A DNA stretch of 64,000 nucleotides from Eledone cirrhosa (lineage: Eukaryota), in NCBI GenBank assembly GCA_964016885.1, contig OZ024743.1, positions 195,920,001-195,984,000 of the forward strand, written 5' to 3'. This document shows, piece by piece, positions 1 through 12,457 of this stretch. Made by a program: the position numbers and the translations under genes. The number at the start of each line of letters is the position of its first letter. Within the stretch, counting starts at the first letter, position 1. Below the pieces are notes generated by a model. It searched no databases. It was not told the origin of the DNA and was given only the letters and a program-made list of their open reading frames with translations.

Positions 1-278
1 CCTAATGGTAAGGGTGTTGGACTTACGATCATAATGTCATGGATTCGAATCCTAGGCTGGGTTGCATGTTGTGTCCTTGAGCAAAACACTTTATTTCACG
101 TTGCTCCAGTAAACTCAGCTGAAAAAAGAAATGAGTACCAACAATAGCAAGGGGTTTAACAATACGATGGACTGGCGTCCGGTCCAGGGGGGAGTTTGTA
201 CTTTTAGTCACTTCATGCCACGGAAACCGGGATAAGCACCGGCCTGATGAGCCTCCGGGCTCTAGACAGACTTTTTAG
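1..278 (+). mobile_element. tRNA-derived SINE with CORE-like central domain (family S1)
   Basis: A-box-like 'cctaatggtaagg', B-box-like 'ggattcgaatcct', then 'tgtgtccttgagcaaaacactttatttcac', which resembles the CORE/MIR-type domain. A second copy is at 18740-18858. Confidence 0.75.
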
Positions 279-536
279 ACATGTAATATAACCACTATCT
301 TTTTAATGTTTACTGTACTCTATGTGCAATCTGTTCTTAACAAAAGCAAAATCTTTAGAAAGTGTTTTGAAGCATTTCTGTGCGCCTTTTTACTATCTAA
401 GTTCAAATTTTATCGAGGTGGAATTTTTCTTTCATGCTTCCATGGTCGATCAAATAAAATATTATTATGTAATCGAATTCTCTCTCCCGACCACACGTTG
501 CTGGCCCTGTGCCAATCCTAAAAGGAATTATCATTA

Positions 537-750
537 TGGCAGAGCCATTAGATCGTTGCCCAATGGCTTAGCAGTATTTGTTCTGATTCATTGCGTTCTG
601 AGTTCAAATCCCGCTGAGGCCATTTTTGTCTTTCATCCTTTCCGGGTCGATAGAATAAAGCACCAGGATAGAACGGGGGTCGATTTAATCGACATTGTTC
701 ATCCCTTCAAATTGCTGGTCTTGTACCGAAAGCAGAAACAAATAATAATT
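537..750 (+). mobile_element. SINE family S2
   Basis: 'gagttcaaatcccgc' B-box, 'ctttcatcctttccgggtcgatagaataaagcaccag' central block and 'gaaac(aat)n' tail, all shared with many copies in the window. Confidence 0.8.
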
Positions 751-751
751 T

Positions 752-900
752 TTTCTACTTTTGGCACAGGGCCAGCAATTTGAACGAAAGTGGAAAGCCG
801 ATTAGATCAAATCCAGTACTTAACTGGTACTTTGTTTTATCAGTATCAGAAGGATAAAAGGCAAAGTTGACTTTCGTGGAATTCAAATTCAGAACATACG
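752..900 (-). mobile_element. SINE family S2, 5'-truncated, tail-to-tail with the previous copy
   Basis: Reverse-complement S2 blocks 'tttctacttttggcacagggccagcaatt' and 'actggtactttgttttatc...aaggataaaaggcaaagttgac'. Confidence 0.75.
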
Positions 901-2504
901 TTGTTTCTACTTTTGGCACAAATAGAAGTACAATTTCATGTTGCGCCGCTCGTTATAAAGATTGGGGTTACAATATATGTAGGCTTGAAAAAGTTATATA
1001 AAATGAGGGCATGGGCAAGGACGATATACAAGAGACAAATAAACTAGTAATATTTTTGTCGTTTTTTTAATATTTGTAATTTCAATTGTTGCTGCTGTAT
1101 TTAGTATTGTTTTAAATATTTCGAATTCACCAACAATTAGTCTCCAAATATATAATTTAGCTATAATTCCATCAGCCATTTCGACAGCTGACGAATAAAC
1201 AGCTGACAGTTCAGGGTCAGAAGAGTGTTTTTACTGGTCAGTTATGGTGAGTTCCATTTTCGTTTTAATCTCTGAGCAGCTGCGATTAGTCCTGTCTTTC
1301 CTGACATTTTTACAGCTGAATATTTTTAACCCTGTACAGTAGCTCGTAAGGCCAGTCCGCCTCTGCCATCAGCTCTCTGAAATATTTCATGAGATCGTTC
1401 GTAAAATCAAGCCTTCTTATCATTTGTCATTGCCATTGCTATGACCTTCACAAATTTATGAAGAGGTGATATCTTCAATGTTTCTGGCAAGTTTACTTCA
1501 GTTTCTTATTTTTTCACCTGTTCCTCCGGGGGCAGAATATTGTTATACAAATAACAGGAAGATTCCCTACTCATGTGGTTAATGTATGGCCTGCGCTTCT
1601 TAATAATATCCCATATGTGGGTTTTCAATTCACATTGTCTTGAACAAGATATATCTGAATGCAATTGTAGTTCTCGCCCAATTTCCTCGCATAATTTCTT
1701 TTTTGCGTAATGTTGTTTGTTCCCGGCTGATGTATGATTGTACTTATTCTATTGTGCCAGCCATGATGCTGATATCTAAATGTATCTATGCGCTTACGGC
1801 TCATGCACATATTTTATTTATGTCATCCTTTTCCATGCTACTGTTACTTTTACTGTATTTGTTGTCAGTATCTGTCATTAATGTCACTTTCGCCACTGTT
1901 GCTTTTATTGTTGTTCAAGTCATTATCGCAGATGTCTACATTACCATTATCGATTTAAAAAAATAATAAAATCTTCAACAATATTGTTCATGTAAGTGTT
2001 GTCGCTGTTGCTCCTAAGGCGGACAATGTTGCTAGTATTTGAGCTATATATTTTTATAATATTCAAAATATTTTTCTTTCTCTTTCTCTAAAAGATTAAG
2101 CTGGCTACAACATTATGGGTATTATTTTCCATCGACACCTCCATGGACATGTTTTAATGGATTCCTGTCGCGAAAGCAGAAACAAATAACAATCAACAGT
2201 AGTTATTCCCTGATACGAGGAATATAAATAACAATTCAGCTCTCCTTTTCATTGATATAAGAACAATAAGAAAATACATTTGATTTACATTAGAGAAAAT
2301 GAGTCAAACGGGAGCTCCTTCTCAAAACTACTGTCTTTCGAAGACTAATAAAAACAAAAAATGCAGCAGCACTACTACTACACTTGCTACTATTTCTATT
2401 GCTATGGAAGCAGATCCACCGAATAAACGAAAATGTCTCTTCATTTAGCAGAGCTAGACAGGCAATAGAGAAGCGTGATAACGAGGTAGAGGGTTAAATG
2501 TAAG

Positions 2505-3062
2505 ACGCTCCCCAAAATACGGCGACCAAGATTAAAGAGGAGAAAGGCCTCACAGAAATACAGCTACATGCTCGCATTTCCTTTACTGCATATCTGTTCG
2601 CATAAATTTGATAAAAACATTAAAAAGAGGGCAAAAATATACCATACTAATGGTGGACAACATAAAAGGATATCTCATTCAAAAATGGTAAAATGCTGGT
2701 GAAGACAACATTAAGACAACATTAACATACTACTAACGAATAAAGGCCCTCTGTTTTTATTTGATTAGTGAGGTAGAATGCTAAACCAAAGTGGCTGAGG
2801 ATCCCACCAAAAAGTGGACCGAGATTAAAGATGAGAAAGACTTCAAAGAATCACAGCTACACGCTCGTATTTCCTTAATTGTTGAACTGTTCACGCCATT
2901 TGATAAAAATTAAAACAAATATAGGCCAAGATATTGTGCCAGTGGTGGACAAAGGAAAAGGTTATATCAACACATTAAAAAATTGTAGTGTTGGTAAAGA
3001 CAACATTAACATGCTACCAACGAACAAAGGCCCTCTTTGTAGATTAGATTAGCAAGGTAGTA
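2505..3062. repeat. Diverged ~295-bp tandem duplication
   Basis: Colinear blocks recur ~295 bp apart: 'agattaaaga.gagaaag', 'cagctaca.gctcg.atttcc', 'tttgataaaaa', 'ggtggacaa', 'aagacaacattaacat', 'aacgaa.aaaggccctct'. Confidence 0.8.
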
Positions 3063-4110
3063 AATTAATGGGAGAGATTATAAATGTTAGATGTTTGGTA
3101 CAGTTGAAAAGGAAAACTACTGTAAGTAGGTAGTAACTGCAGACAGATTTAATCCAGAAGAGAACTTATTTGATATTCTAGTATAGGTTTGTAGAAAGGA
3201 CTTCACTTTGTAAGTGATACGGCTGAAATTGACCAGTTCTTAGATATTAACATAAATATTACATTGTTTGAACTATGATATATTGTTTGAACTCAAAGCA
3301 TATGCGATGAGCCTTGATAAGAGAGGCGTGTCGTGGAAAACTGAACCATGGAAGGGTACCAAAGTATTTGTCATTATATGATTCAAAGCGTATATGCAAG
3401 GCTTTTCAGTAACAACATGTCAAAATGTTCTGGACGATTTAAAGACTGTTGACGGTTGACTTTGTTGCCTACCTCGACAATCTGCCGCAGATCAAAGCGG
3501 AAAATGACATACATCAACCCTTGAATTTTATATAGTGTGTATATGGTGTGTATAAGCAACATCATTCTTGGCGAGACACTGGACATCGACAAAGTCCAAC
3601 TAAATAGTTTATTTTTGAAAACATGTGATTCGTGGATTGCTGTTAAGGTTCATGAATCCCTCGCCTGGCAGTGTAGTTAGGACCTGTATCGAATTAAAAG
3701 TACGCTCTTTAGTGGTAAAAGTGTTATGTGAAAGCAAACAGGACGAAACGTGATCTTTAAAGGGTTTTATGAAGGTGCTATCCTCACCAAATTCCTCGCC
3801 ACTCCTTTCTACTACAAGTATCAACTAATATCTTCTGGGAACAAAGTATTACAGAATTAAGATTTGTTTAATATACAATATTTATAAAGCACAAGTGAAT
3901 TAGGACTGCAACCTAAAACGTCCACCTGCCCCACCCTTGTAGCATATTTCTAATTCATTTTAACATTACAGCTTTAGTCGTTCCTAAACTCACATTGGCT
4001 TCAACAAGCGTTTATATTTCTTCTAATTCCTTACCATATTATTTTATTCTTCTCCCCTCTCACATAGACAAACGAACACTAACTTATTCTATGTGGATTT
4101 TTCAATCTCT

Positions 4111-4227
<117 letters not shown>

Positions 4228-5428
4228 CTGTGCCCGCCTACACACATCAAATGTTGATCATTTTCTTTTTCCTTGCGACAAGTACATTTACACTATGATT
4301 ATATTTATTTCTATTTGCTTTGGATTACTCATTCCCGTCATAGATACACATTACATTCCACGGACGTTGGACTTTATCTCATCCTTTCAGAAGGTCTTCA
4401 AAATTCGTTTTATTTTTTTTTTTTTTTTCTGCTGCAAAGCATAGTTGAGTGCGTTGCATCTGACGGGAAAATTGCTGTTTGGAAAATTAAGAGAAATAAC
4501 TACTGGCATATGCCATTCAGATAACTATTTGACCTTCTTGTTCGTTTTAAATCATAAGTCACGTCCACCTATTACAGCTGATATTGGCGACATATTTCTT
4601 CTATTCACCAGCTAAAACCTTTTCCCGAAATTATTAGTCTCTCCCTCATTATTCAGCACACTATCATAGGTTGTTTGGCTTTTATTTCCAATCTAATTCA
4701 TGCCAATACTAATAACTGTTCTTATCTACTTCTTTAACTTTCAGTCTATATTATTATTTGCCAGCGGCTTATGTTACTAATTGACATTATTTAATGCTAT
4801 TTTCTAACATTTCTCATCAGCGTCTACATACTTAAAGTGCATGCATCTACTTGGTCCAGCTAATTGACAAAACGTCACTTACTAACACATTTAACCTCCA
4901 ATTTACTGACGTGTCATATCCTCATTATGCCTAATCTACTGCTACTATAATGGCTTCTACTCACCAGAAGAAACTAGTTGCATACTGCCGCCTATAAAAA
5001 CCATCTGATACGTTCTCCTCCCGTTCTGCCGTCATCCATATTGTCTCTTCCACACTAAACTCCGACGTATCCAATATTTTTATTGTCTTCTCTTCCGAAT
5101 GTTTGCATTTACACAGAAAAAAGGGTGAATGACAAGGTAAAATAGATTCATCATACGAAAAGCATACAGGACGGAACGTGAACTTTAAATTACATCAGAC
5201 AATTAGCAGGAGAGAAACAAGAATATAGAACGTTACCTCAAACTAGCTAGCTGAAAAAGAAAGCTTGGGAATTGTCTTAAATAAAGAAGCCAATTAATAA
5301 GTTGTAGCAAAGATGACTCATCAAGGAACACAGCGCCAAAGGGATGACATGTGACATTCAGTCAGTCAATATGGCAGACTGAATGAGTTGGCATTAATCC
5401 AAACGAAACTTAAGTATCTACATATGCC

Positions 5429-5479
<51 letters not shown>

Positions 5480-5973
5480 TCATGGTTTACAAAAGTCAAT
5501 GATGTTATCTTAGCGATCTCCGGCCATGAATCGCTCCCTCGGTTGAGAGTGCACACATAATAGTTATATAGTGAGTGCAGCAGTTGTGTTAAGGTTAAGA
5601 TAGGTCATGTATCTAGCTCCTGGGCTGATTTCGTTTCTGTGCAATATTCTGCCCAACAACGGTTTTTAAAACTGCAGTGTGCAAAAATTGCTTATTATCA
5701 GCAGATATTATGCAATTGAGCAATTGTACGTCTTCAGCAGATAAACACCCAACTCAATAGATAGGTTATTTGTGTATGCATACTACCATGTATTACTCCG
5801 ATAATAAATCTAGCACTCCTACGCTATCATGATACGTGACCTCTAAAATAGAGGCGTAAGATACTCCCTGACAAGCAAATCTCCAAAACTGTTGATTGTT
5901 TTTTTCTCATTTCTTTCGTTCCTTCCTCTACTCACTCTTTATCTTTCTATTTTATCTTTTAATTATAATTCTA

Positions 5974-6009
5974 TCTTCTGATAAAGGAATAGGCTCCGAA
6001 ACTTTAAGA
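5974..6009 (+). ncRNA. Degenerate minimal hammerhead ribozyme motif (family H)
   Basis: tctt-CTGATAA-agga atagg ctcc-GAAA-ct-TT-aaga, with core substitutions. The motif and ~80 nt downstream match 17850-17970 on the minus strand. Confidence 0.45.
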
Positions 6010-6123
6010 CAATGTTCTTGTTATTTCAAGCGTTAAACTAATATATTTGTTTAATGTACTGTGTCGTTTGTTTTGTTATTTGTTTACTTTTTACACACAC
6101 ACACGCACACACACGTGTGCATA

Positions 6124-6197
<74 letters not shown>

Positions 6198-6214
6198 CAT
6201 ATATATATATATAA

Positions 6215-6732
6215 TAAAAGTATGTGTTCCTACATGTAAATAATACACATAGGGATACAAGTATAGTCCGACCGTATGCAAGTGTGGTTCAATAGTAAGT
6301 TAATAAATTAACAAACCAGAACATATAAAATCAAGGGAAAGCAAATAAAGAAAAAATGTTTAAATAAATTTCAAAAAATTCACTGTACTTACTATACGTG
6401 CCTTTAGCGCTGTTTCAGATCTCAAAACAAATAGATAATCCAAGCGGATTTTCATTGAGAAAGAGATCCTCGTCAGAAGGTTTTTCTCTCTTGGAGAAAA
6501 TAATATTCCCGAGTTCAAAATACAAACTGGCGACATACAAAACTGCCCCCAACAAATGAATGATGAAACAATTTTGTCTAGTACCTTCTGACGAATATCT
6601 CTTTCTCAATGGATATCCGCTTGGATCATCTATTTGTCTTGAGATCTGAAACCGCGGTAAAGGCACATATAGTGAGTACAGTGAATTTTTTGAAATTTAT
6701 TTTTAAATGTTTTATTTATTTGCTCTCTCTTG

Positions 6733-6740
<8 letters not shown>
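6215..6740. mobile_element. Fold-back element (family E): inverted arms ~6325-6480 and ~6584-6740, tail on the left, flanked by (TA)n
   Basis: 'aaatttcaaaaaattcactgtact.actat..gtgccttta.cgc...tttcagatctcaa.acaaatagat.atccaagcggat' has its reverse complement at 6584-6740; arms are imperfect, spacer ~100 nt. Confidence 0.8.
6581..6666 (+). ncRNA. Type I hammerhead ribozyme motif (mirror copy at ~6398-6480, minus strand)
   Basis: gtacctt-CTGACGA-atatctc...gagatct-GAAA-ccgcgg-TA-aaggcac. Core intact, stem III palindromic, long loop II. Confidence 0.8.
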
Positions 6741-6784
<44 letters not shown>

Positions 6785-6867
6785 TGAAAATATAGAAATT
6801 ATTGTGAGCAAGAAGCCAACGTTTTCAGATAAACAATCTTGCTAAACAAACTAAACAAATTCAGAAA

Positions 6868-6909
<42 letters not shown>

Positions 6910-7172
6910 TTTCTGAATTTGTTTAGCAAGATTCTTTATCTGAAAACGTGTGTTGAAACCGATATTGTTATACTTTGGGAGCGTCATGTTGCCAATAAGA
7001 AGCACACGCACCAGTTGCTTTCACTCCAATTTATTATAAATTAAATTAAAAAACTTTTCTATTAAAAAAAATTTTCTAAAAATTTTTTTTTTCAAATTAA
7101 AAAAAAAAAAAGTGTATAAATTTCCGGTTGGTTAGTTGGTTGGTTCCACAACCGGACGGTTATTCATATATT

Positions 7173-7215
7173 GTCAAAGATCTTTCGTCACACATTCTGT
7201 GACCTCTTCAGTGAC
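7173..7215 (-). ncRNA. Minimal type I hammerhead ribozyme in PLE pseudo-LTR
   Basis: Minus strand: gtca-CTGAAGA-ggtcac agaatgt gtgac-GAAA-gatc-TT-tgac. All stems pair and stem III is the palindrome GAUC. Confidence 0.88.
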
Positions 7216-7411
7216 TGGGGATTCTTTTCTTTGTTTTGTGCCTCTCCTTTGTTCTATCCTACGCCATCTTGTTTTTGTGTGTGTTGTGTGCTTAGTTTGC
7301 GCATGTGTTACATCCGGGTGTCTGTGTGTGTTTTTATTTGAATATTTATTTGTTTATTTACATGTTACTGGTTCGTTGTTTGTTCTATGTGTGTGTGTTT
7401 TCATTTTGTCC

Positions 7412-8270
7412 TTAATTGTAAGTTGTGATGTTGGTATTCCATTCATGTTTTCTATGTAATTTTGGTTGGAGTTCATTTATGTTTATTGCCTCTGTGATTT
7501 GTCTAAACATTGCGTCTTTTCTGTGTGTAGATCTTATTTTTATTTCTATGTTCTCTAATTCGCCCTTATGTTCTATTTTAGCATGTTGGTGGAGTATTGA
7601 TGATTCTTTTCTATCTTGAAGCTCTCGCCAGTGTTCATTTAACCGTTCTCCTATGCTACGAGCTGTCTCACCTATGTACACTATATTCTTATCTTTACAT
7701 TGTCCTTCAGTAGATCTTATGCTATATACTATGTTTCTAGTTTTACAGTTAATATGGGGTCTTAGTTTACAGATTATGCATTTCTTACAAGGGGGTCTTT
7801 GAAAGGGTATGTATTACTAATAAGTGTTTTTATGGAGGTACCTGGTCTTTCTACTATCTTAATATTAAGTTTAAGTTTATCTAAGGCCCTTCTAAATTTG
7901 TAAGCTAATTCACCTCTAGGGGTTGTATTGATGAACATTACACTCTGGTATTTACTGCTATCATACCATGAGTTTATTCTATTATCCTTATTCCTAGTTC
8001 TTTCTATTCTATTCCAAAATTTGCTCCTGTACAAGGGGCAGGTCCCATTTGTATCATTATTTACCATTTTTTCCCATTTGGTTCTAGCTCCTCTATATAC
8101 TCTGATTTTATCTCTCTGGTCCTAACCAGTCAACTGCATACGGTGGATGAAGTGTTGTATCTGTCTCTCTCTAGTTCTTTGGGGTTGCACATGCGGGATA
8201 CGTTTCTCATCACCCGTACAAAATCCGCAATCAGTATGTTGATTTTGGTGTGATCCAAAACACCTGAGTT
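7412..8270 (-). pseudogene. PLE RT thumb / linker / GIY-YIG endonuclease remnant (possibly Nematis-type)
   Basis: Frameshifted fragments: KINILIADFVRVMRNVS; PLYRSKFWNRIER...MFINTTPRGELA; NCKTRNIVYSI...YIGETARSIGERLNEH...LHQHAKIEH...RQITEAINI...PKLH. Confidence 0.88.
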
Positions 8271-8379
8271 TAATTTTTAATTTTTAATTTTTAATTTTTA
8301 ATTTTTAATTTATAATAAATTGGAGGGAACGCAACTGGTGCGTGTGTTTCTTATTAGCAACATGACCCTCCCAAAGTAT

Positions 8380-8450
<71 letters not shown>

Positions 8451-8829
8451 TAACAGATTAAAGTTTAAGCAAAGAATAGCTATTTCACCCTTACCGGGAT
8501 CTTCTGAAACTAAAAAAATCAATTTGTGAACGCAGAAGTAAATATTTCGCAAAAACTTGCAACCGAAGGAAAATAGGAAGACGATTCTTTGCTTCGTGAA
8601 GACGTTCCCTGGCAATGAACGGAAAAAAGCGAAGATAAGACGTAGTTATGTGGAGTGATGAGAACAAATACACGTAAAGACAAAAAACCAATTTTATGGT
8701 ATATATGGGGTCGTAAACTAATATTCTATTTAGGAAACCGAATGATTCAAGGCTTCGGAGTTAAGAATAATGCAAATAAATTAGTAGAACGAAAATCACA
8801 GAGGTTATTAAAATCATGAAATAATAATA

Positions 8830-9330
8830 ATAAAATATATACATACATCTCTATAAGTACATAAACGTGCATACGCAAAAACACCCGCCATGCATGCATG
8901 TACATGCGCGTACATATAAACACGCGCACACATACATAAACCCACGCGACACATGTACCCGCACACATACGAATGTATACACCAGATACATATAAAAAAT
9001 ATGTGTTTGTGTGTATATATATACATATAATTATATAAACGTATATAAATATACACACATAAATACGTATATAACACACACACACATACCTACAGCTAAA
9101 TGCACATATGTCCACCAAACGTACATATACCAAAACACAATGTACACATATATGCACACCTTACAAACACGCATATACACACAAACAGAAAATACACATA
9201 TACACATAACCATATACACATATACCAGTATATATAATATATAGACCTATAACAAATACAAGCATATATACATACGTGAAAGTATACGTACCTCCACAAA
9301 ACATACATGTAAGGTATATTTACCTATACA
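8830..9330. repeat. Degenerate AC/AT low-complexity tract
   Basis: Alternating purine-pyrimidine sequence (acat/acac/atat). Confidence 0.8.
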
Positions 9331-9404
9331 AATAAGTAATGGTATAAACATAAAATATAATTAGCTACCACATCAAGACGTAAATTATCGGCGTATTGTT
9401 CGTA

Positions 9405-11265
9405 CTATCCGTTAGGGTATAATGTGGGGCTGTAATACAGGAAAGCTTTATGCGATTTGTGTTTACAAGCCGGAATTGCCTCAGATTTTTTGTTTAAGAT
9501 ATGATCATTGGCGTAGAAAATTTCCAGGGCTTCAGCGGCGCAAAGATCGCATGGTCTTTTATTTCCGTCATACGATCTAGCTTTAGCTAGGATCTCCCAG
9601 TGTAAACTATATTGGCTGTGGTTGTCTTTTAAACTCCAGATATAAGCTGAAAGTGACCTCATATTCCTTCTTAAAGGGTTAAGAAAAGAATGGTATCTGC
9701 ATGTAAACACGCTGCTTGAATCTATTGGCGGTTAACCCTATGTAGGCCCTACTAGACGTGGGTGTTTTGACCTTACATTTGTAGACGGTGCTACTGGAGA
9801 GGCATTTCCGAGATAGAGGGCAATCAACCCAATTCCTACAATTACAGTTAGTACTAACTACAGGGTTGCACGTGTTCGTACGGCTAGGTAATTTAGCTAA
9901 ATTTGAAGCAGTGATCTTATGTGCAAAGTTAGGAGTCGTAGAATAAGATATTTTAATGATATTTCTATTAAAAATGTTACTATGTGCTGAGGGGAAATGC
10001 TTCTTAATAAGGGAGAGAAAGATCTTAGCTAATGGTGTGGCCGGCTCCATATTATATGGTGGGTTATACCATATAATGCGTCGGGATCTATTTTTCCTAG
10101 GTTTATTCTCATACTTAGTACATGCTACCTTAACGACAAATCCACTCCGAGCAAGAGATTCATTGTAATATGTGGAATGGTCGATGAAAATATGCTCGTT
10201 TGTAGATTGAAACGAAAGCCTCAAAGAAACATTTCTTACCAGGTTCTTGGTTATGCTGGCAGGATGGTCAGAATGCTTACTTATGTAATTAAGCGTATCA
10301 TTCGGCTTTCTATACGGGTAGTGGAAGCCATTCGACAAATTGAGGGGTAACGTCGAGGTAGTTTACGACGGAAAGGTTGGCCTCAACCTGTATGGAAAGG
10401 TTAAAGCCTTTAAAGAAAGTTGTGAGTTCTTTTCTAAACCTGTCGCAAGCGCGGGTCCGCACTTTGTCATGGTCAAAAGACCACCATCGTAGTACAAACC
10501 ACCGCCCACATTAGTGAATTCTTCCTTGATAGAGAAAAGAAGGAAAAGGCGATAAGATCTGTAACCTCCGCCGAATCGCTAGCACCCATACTCACGTCGA
10601 ATGGGGTACTATTAGATGTTTTTATCCAAATAGAGTCGTCGAAATTAATCACCGACTTACGGGCATTGAGGGTGCCATCAACTTCGAAATCCTTAACCAC
10701 CGTGAGCGTTTTAGCGAAATTGATAGCTCTAAGAAGAAGTGGTAAAATGATGGAGGAGTAGTAGTTATTGATGTCGAATTGGAAAAAACGGCAATGTTCC
10801 TTGTTGCATATGCCATTGAACCAATCAATCACCGCGAAATAATTATTCCACAGTACAAGAGGGGGCCAAGCTTCTAATTTCGGGTATAATTATATCTAAA
10901 ATCTTTTTACTAAGTCTACCTAAATCAGACTTCGTAGGGTTAATTAGCCGAATAGAAGGGTTGTTAGCGAAATTAGGTTTGTGATCCTTCGGGGTAAAGT
11001 GGGGAGAATGAGGGTACAGAGGTTCAGTCCGTTCCTGGGTGTTGAATACAGAAGTGATTTTAAACCCAGCATCGTTGATGTCATGAATGACACTCAGATT
11101 GGTTTCCCGGTAATCCTTGGTTACAGCATTATGTAGCAGTTGATGGTAAGTACTGCGCTCCACTTGATTTAGATTACCAGTTTTATCGGAGTGGACGTGT
11201 ACGGCATTAGAATCCTTAATAGAACGAATTCTATTCTTCAGATCCTGTTGGAAGGAATTGGTCCT
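9405..11265 (-). pseudogene. PLE reverse transcriptase + C-terminal GIY-YIG remnant (possibly Hydra-clade)
   Basis: SDKTGN, KDHKPNF...RLINPTKSDLG, FDINNYYSSI, FDVSMGASDSAEV, GLYYDG (decayed YRDD site), VVNYLDVT, YRKPN, WYNPPY, CNC..CPL..C, VYKC...YIGLT, CDLC..E, LNKKSE...CKH. Several frameshifts. Confidence 0.92.
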
Positions 11266-11319
<54 letters not shown>

Positions 11320-11343
11320 AATATATATATATATATGTGTGTG

Positions 11344-11446
<103 letters not shown>

Positions 11447-11783
11447 ATATGTAAGTATGTATATGTATGAATGTATGTATGCATGTATGTGTGTATAATT
11501 GTAGCCTTTATTCTTTGTATTAGAAGCCTAATTAATATTCTTTCTTATTCATTATGATTAAAATCTATTAAATTAGATTTAATTATATATATTCAAATCT
11601 ATTGATTTCTTACATTGTTACAAGGTCATAGAATTAACTACTACCGATTGAATTATCCCCGATGCACGACTGTTTATGGAGTAAATGTGTAACGGAAATT
11701 ATCGAGATATTTCAAGACATCTGATCTGATGCTCCTAAACTCCTGCTACTTCTCTACAGTGATCACACACACACACACAAACA

Positions 11784-11912
<129 letters not shown>

Positions 11913-11917
11913 TTATA

Positions 11918-12220
11918 TATATTGTTATGCTCTGGGAGGGTCATGTTGCCAAGAAGAAACACACGCACCAGTTGCTTTCACTTCAATTTATTATGAATTA
12001 AATTTATAAATTTAGGAATTTTTAAATTCCCGGTTGGTTGGTTGGTTCCACAACCAGACGATTGTTCATATATTGTCAAAGTTCTTTCGTGACACAATCT
12101 GTGACCTCTTCAGTGACTGGGGATTCTTTTCTTTGTTTTTGTGTTCAAAGAAAAGCATAACAATATCGGTTTCAACACACGTTTTCAGATAAAGAATCTT
12201 GCTAAACAAATTCAGAAACG

Positions 12221-12222
<2 letters not shown>
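11918..12222. mobile_element. Solo pseudo-LTR of family A with inverted tail
   Basis: 11918-12145 matches 6963-7240. 12155-12222 is the family-A terminal tail in the opposite orientation. Flanked by (TA)n. Confidence 0.85.
12075..12117 (-). ncRNA. Hammerhead ribozyme motif, second family-A copy with stem mismatches
   Basis: Minus strand: gtca-CTGAAGA-ggtcac agattgt gtcac-GAAA-gaac-TT-tgac. Confidence 0.7.
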
Positions 12223-12252
<30 letters not shown>

Positions 12253-12254
<2 letters not shown>

Positions 12255-12389
12255 CGAAGGAAATGTGGTAAGGAACCAGGTGGACCATAACGCACCAAAG
12301 TACTCAATACTTGAGGTAGTAGAGTGGGTAATAGGAACCAGTAAGACCCCGACAGCTGAGCTCAAGCCGTTTCGACGGCTAATTCTGGA

Positions 12390-12391
<2 letters not shown>
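12253..12391 (-). mobile_element. Family C terminal fragment between (TA)n tracts
   Basis: 'gtggtaaggaacca..tggaccataacgcacca.agtactcaatactt..ggtagtagagtgggtaatagga' is shared with 16650 and 54791. Confidence 0.8.
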
Positions 12392-12448
<57 letters not shown>

Positions 12449-12457
12449 TATATACAT

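Larger units (their letters stand above)
6905..8386 (-). mobile_element. 5'-truncated Penelope-like element with pseudo-LTR and inverted terminal segment (family A)
   Basis: Contains GIY-YIG/thumb ORF remnants and an HHR in the 3' region. Segment 6963-7050 is inverted at ~8295-8386. Both ends abut (TA)n. Confidence 0.85.

Noticed and set aside
222-265. CTGATGA near the end of the S1 SINE as a hammerhead
   Set aside because: No GAAA, stem III and UH in the required order; it is part of the SINE 3' region.
1000-2000. Short ORFs as a host gene or LINE ORF1
   Set aside because: No recognisable motifs; cannot be supported without a search.
8468-8510. Minus-strand 'cagaaga-tccc ggtaa gggt-gaaa-tagcta' as the HHR of the second PLE
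   Set aside because: Core mismatch and no convincing stem I. Plausible relic but unsupported.
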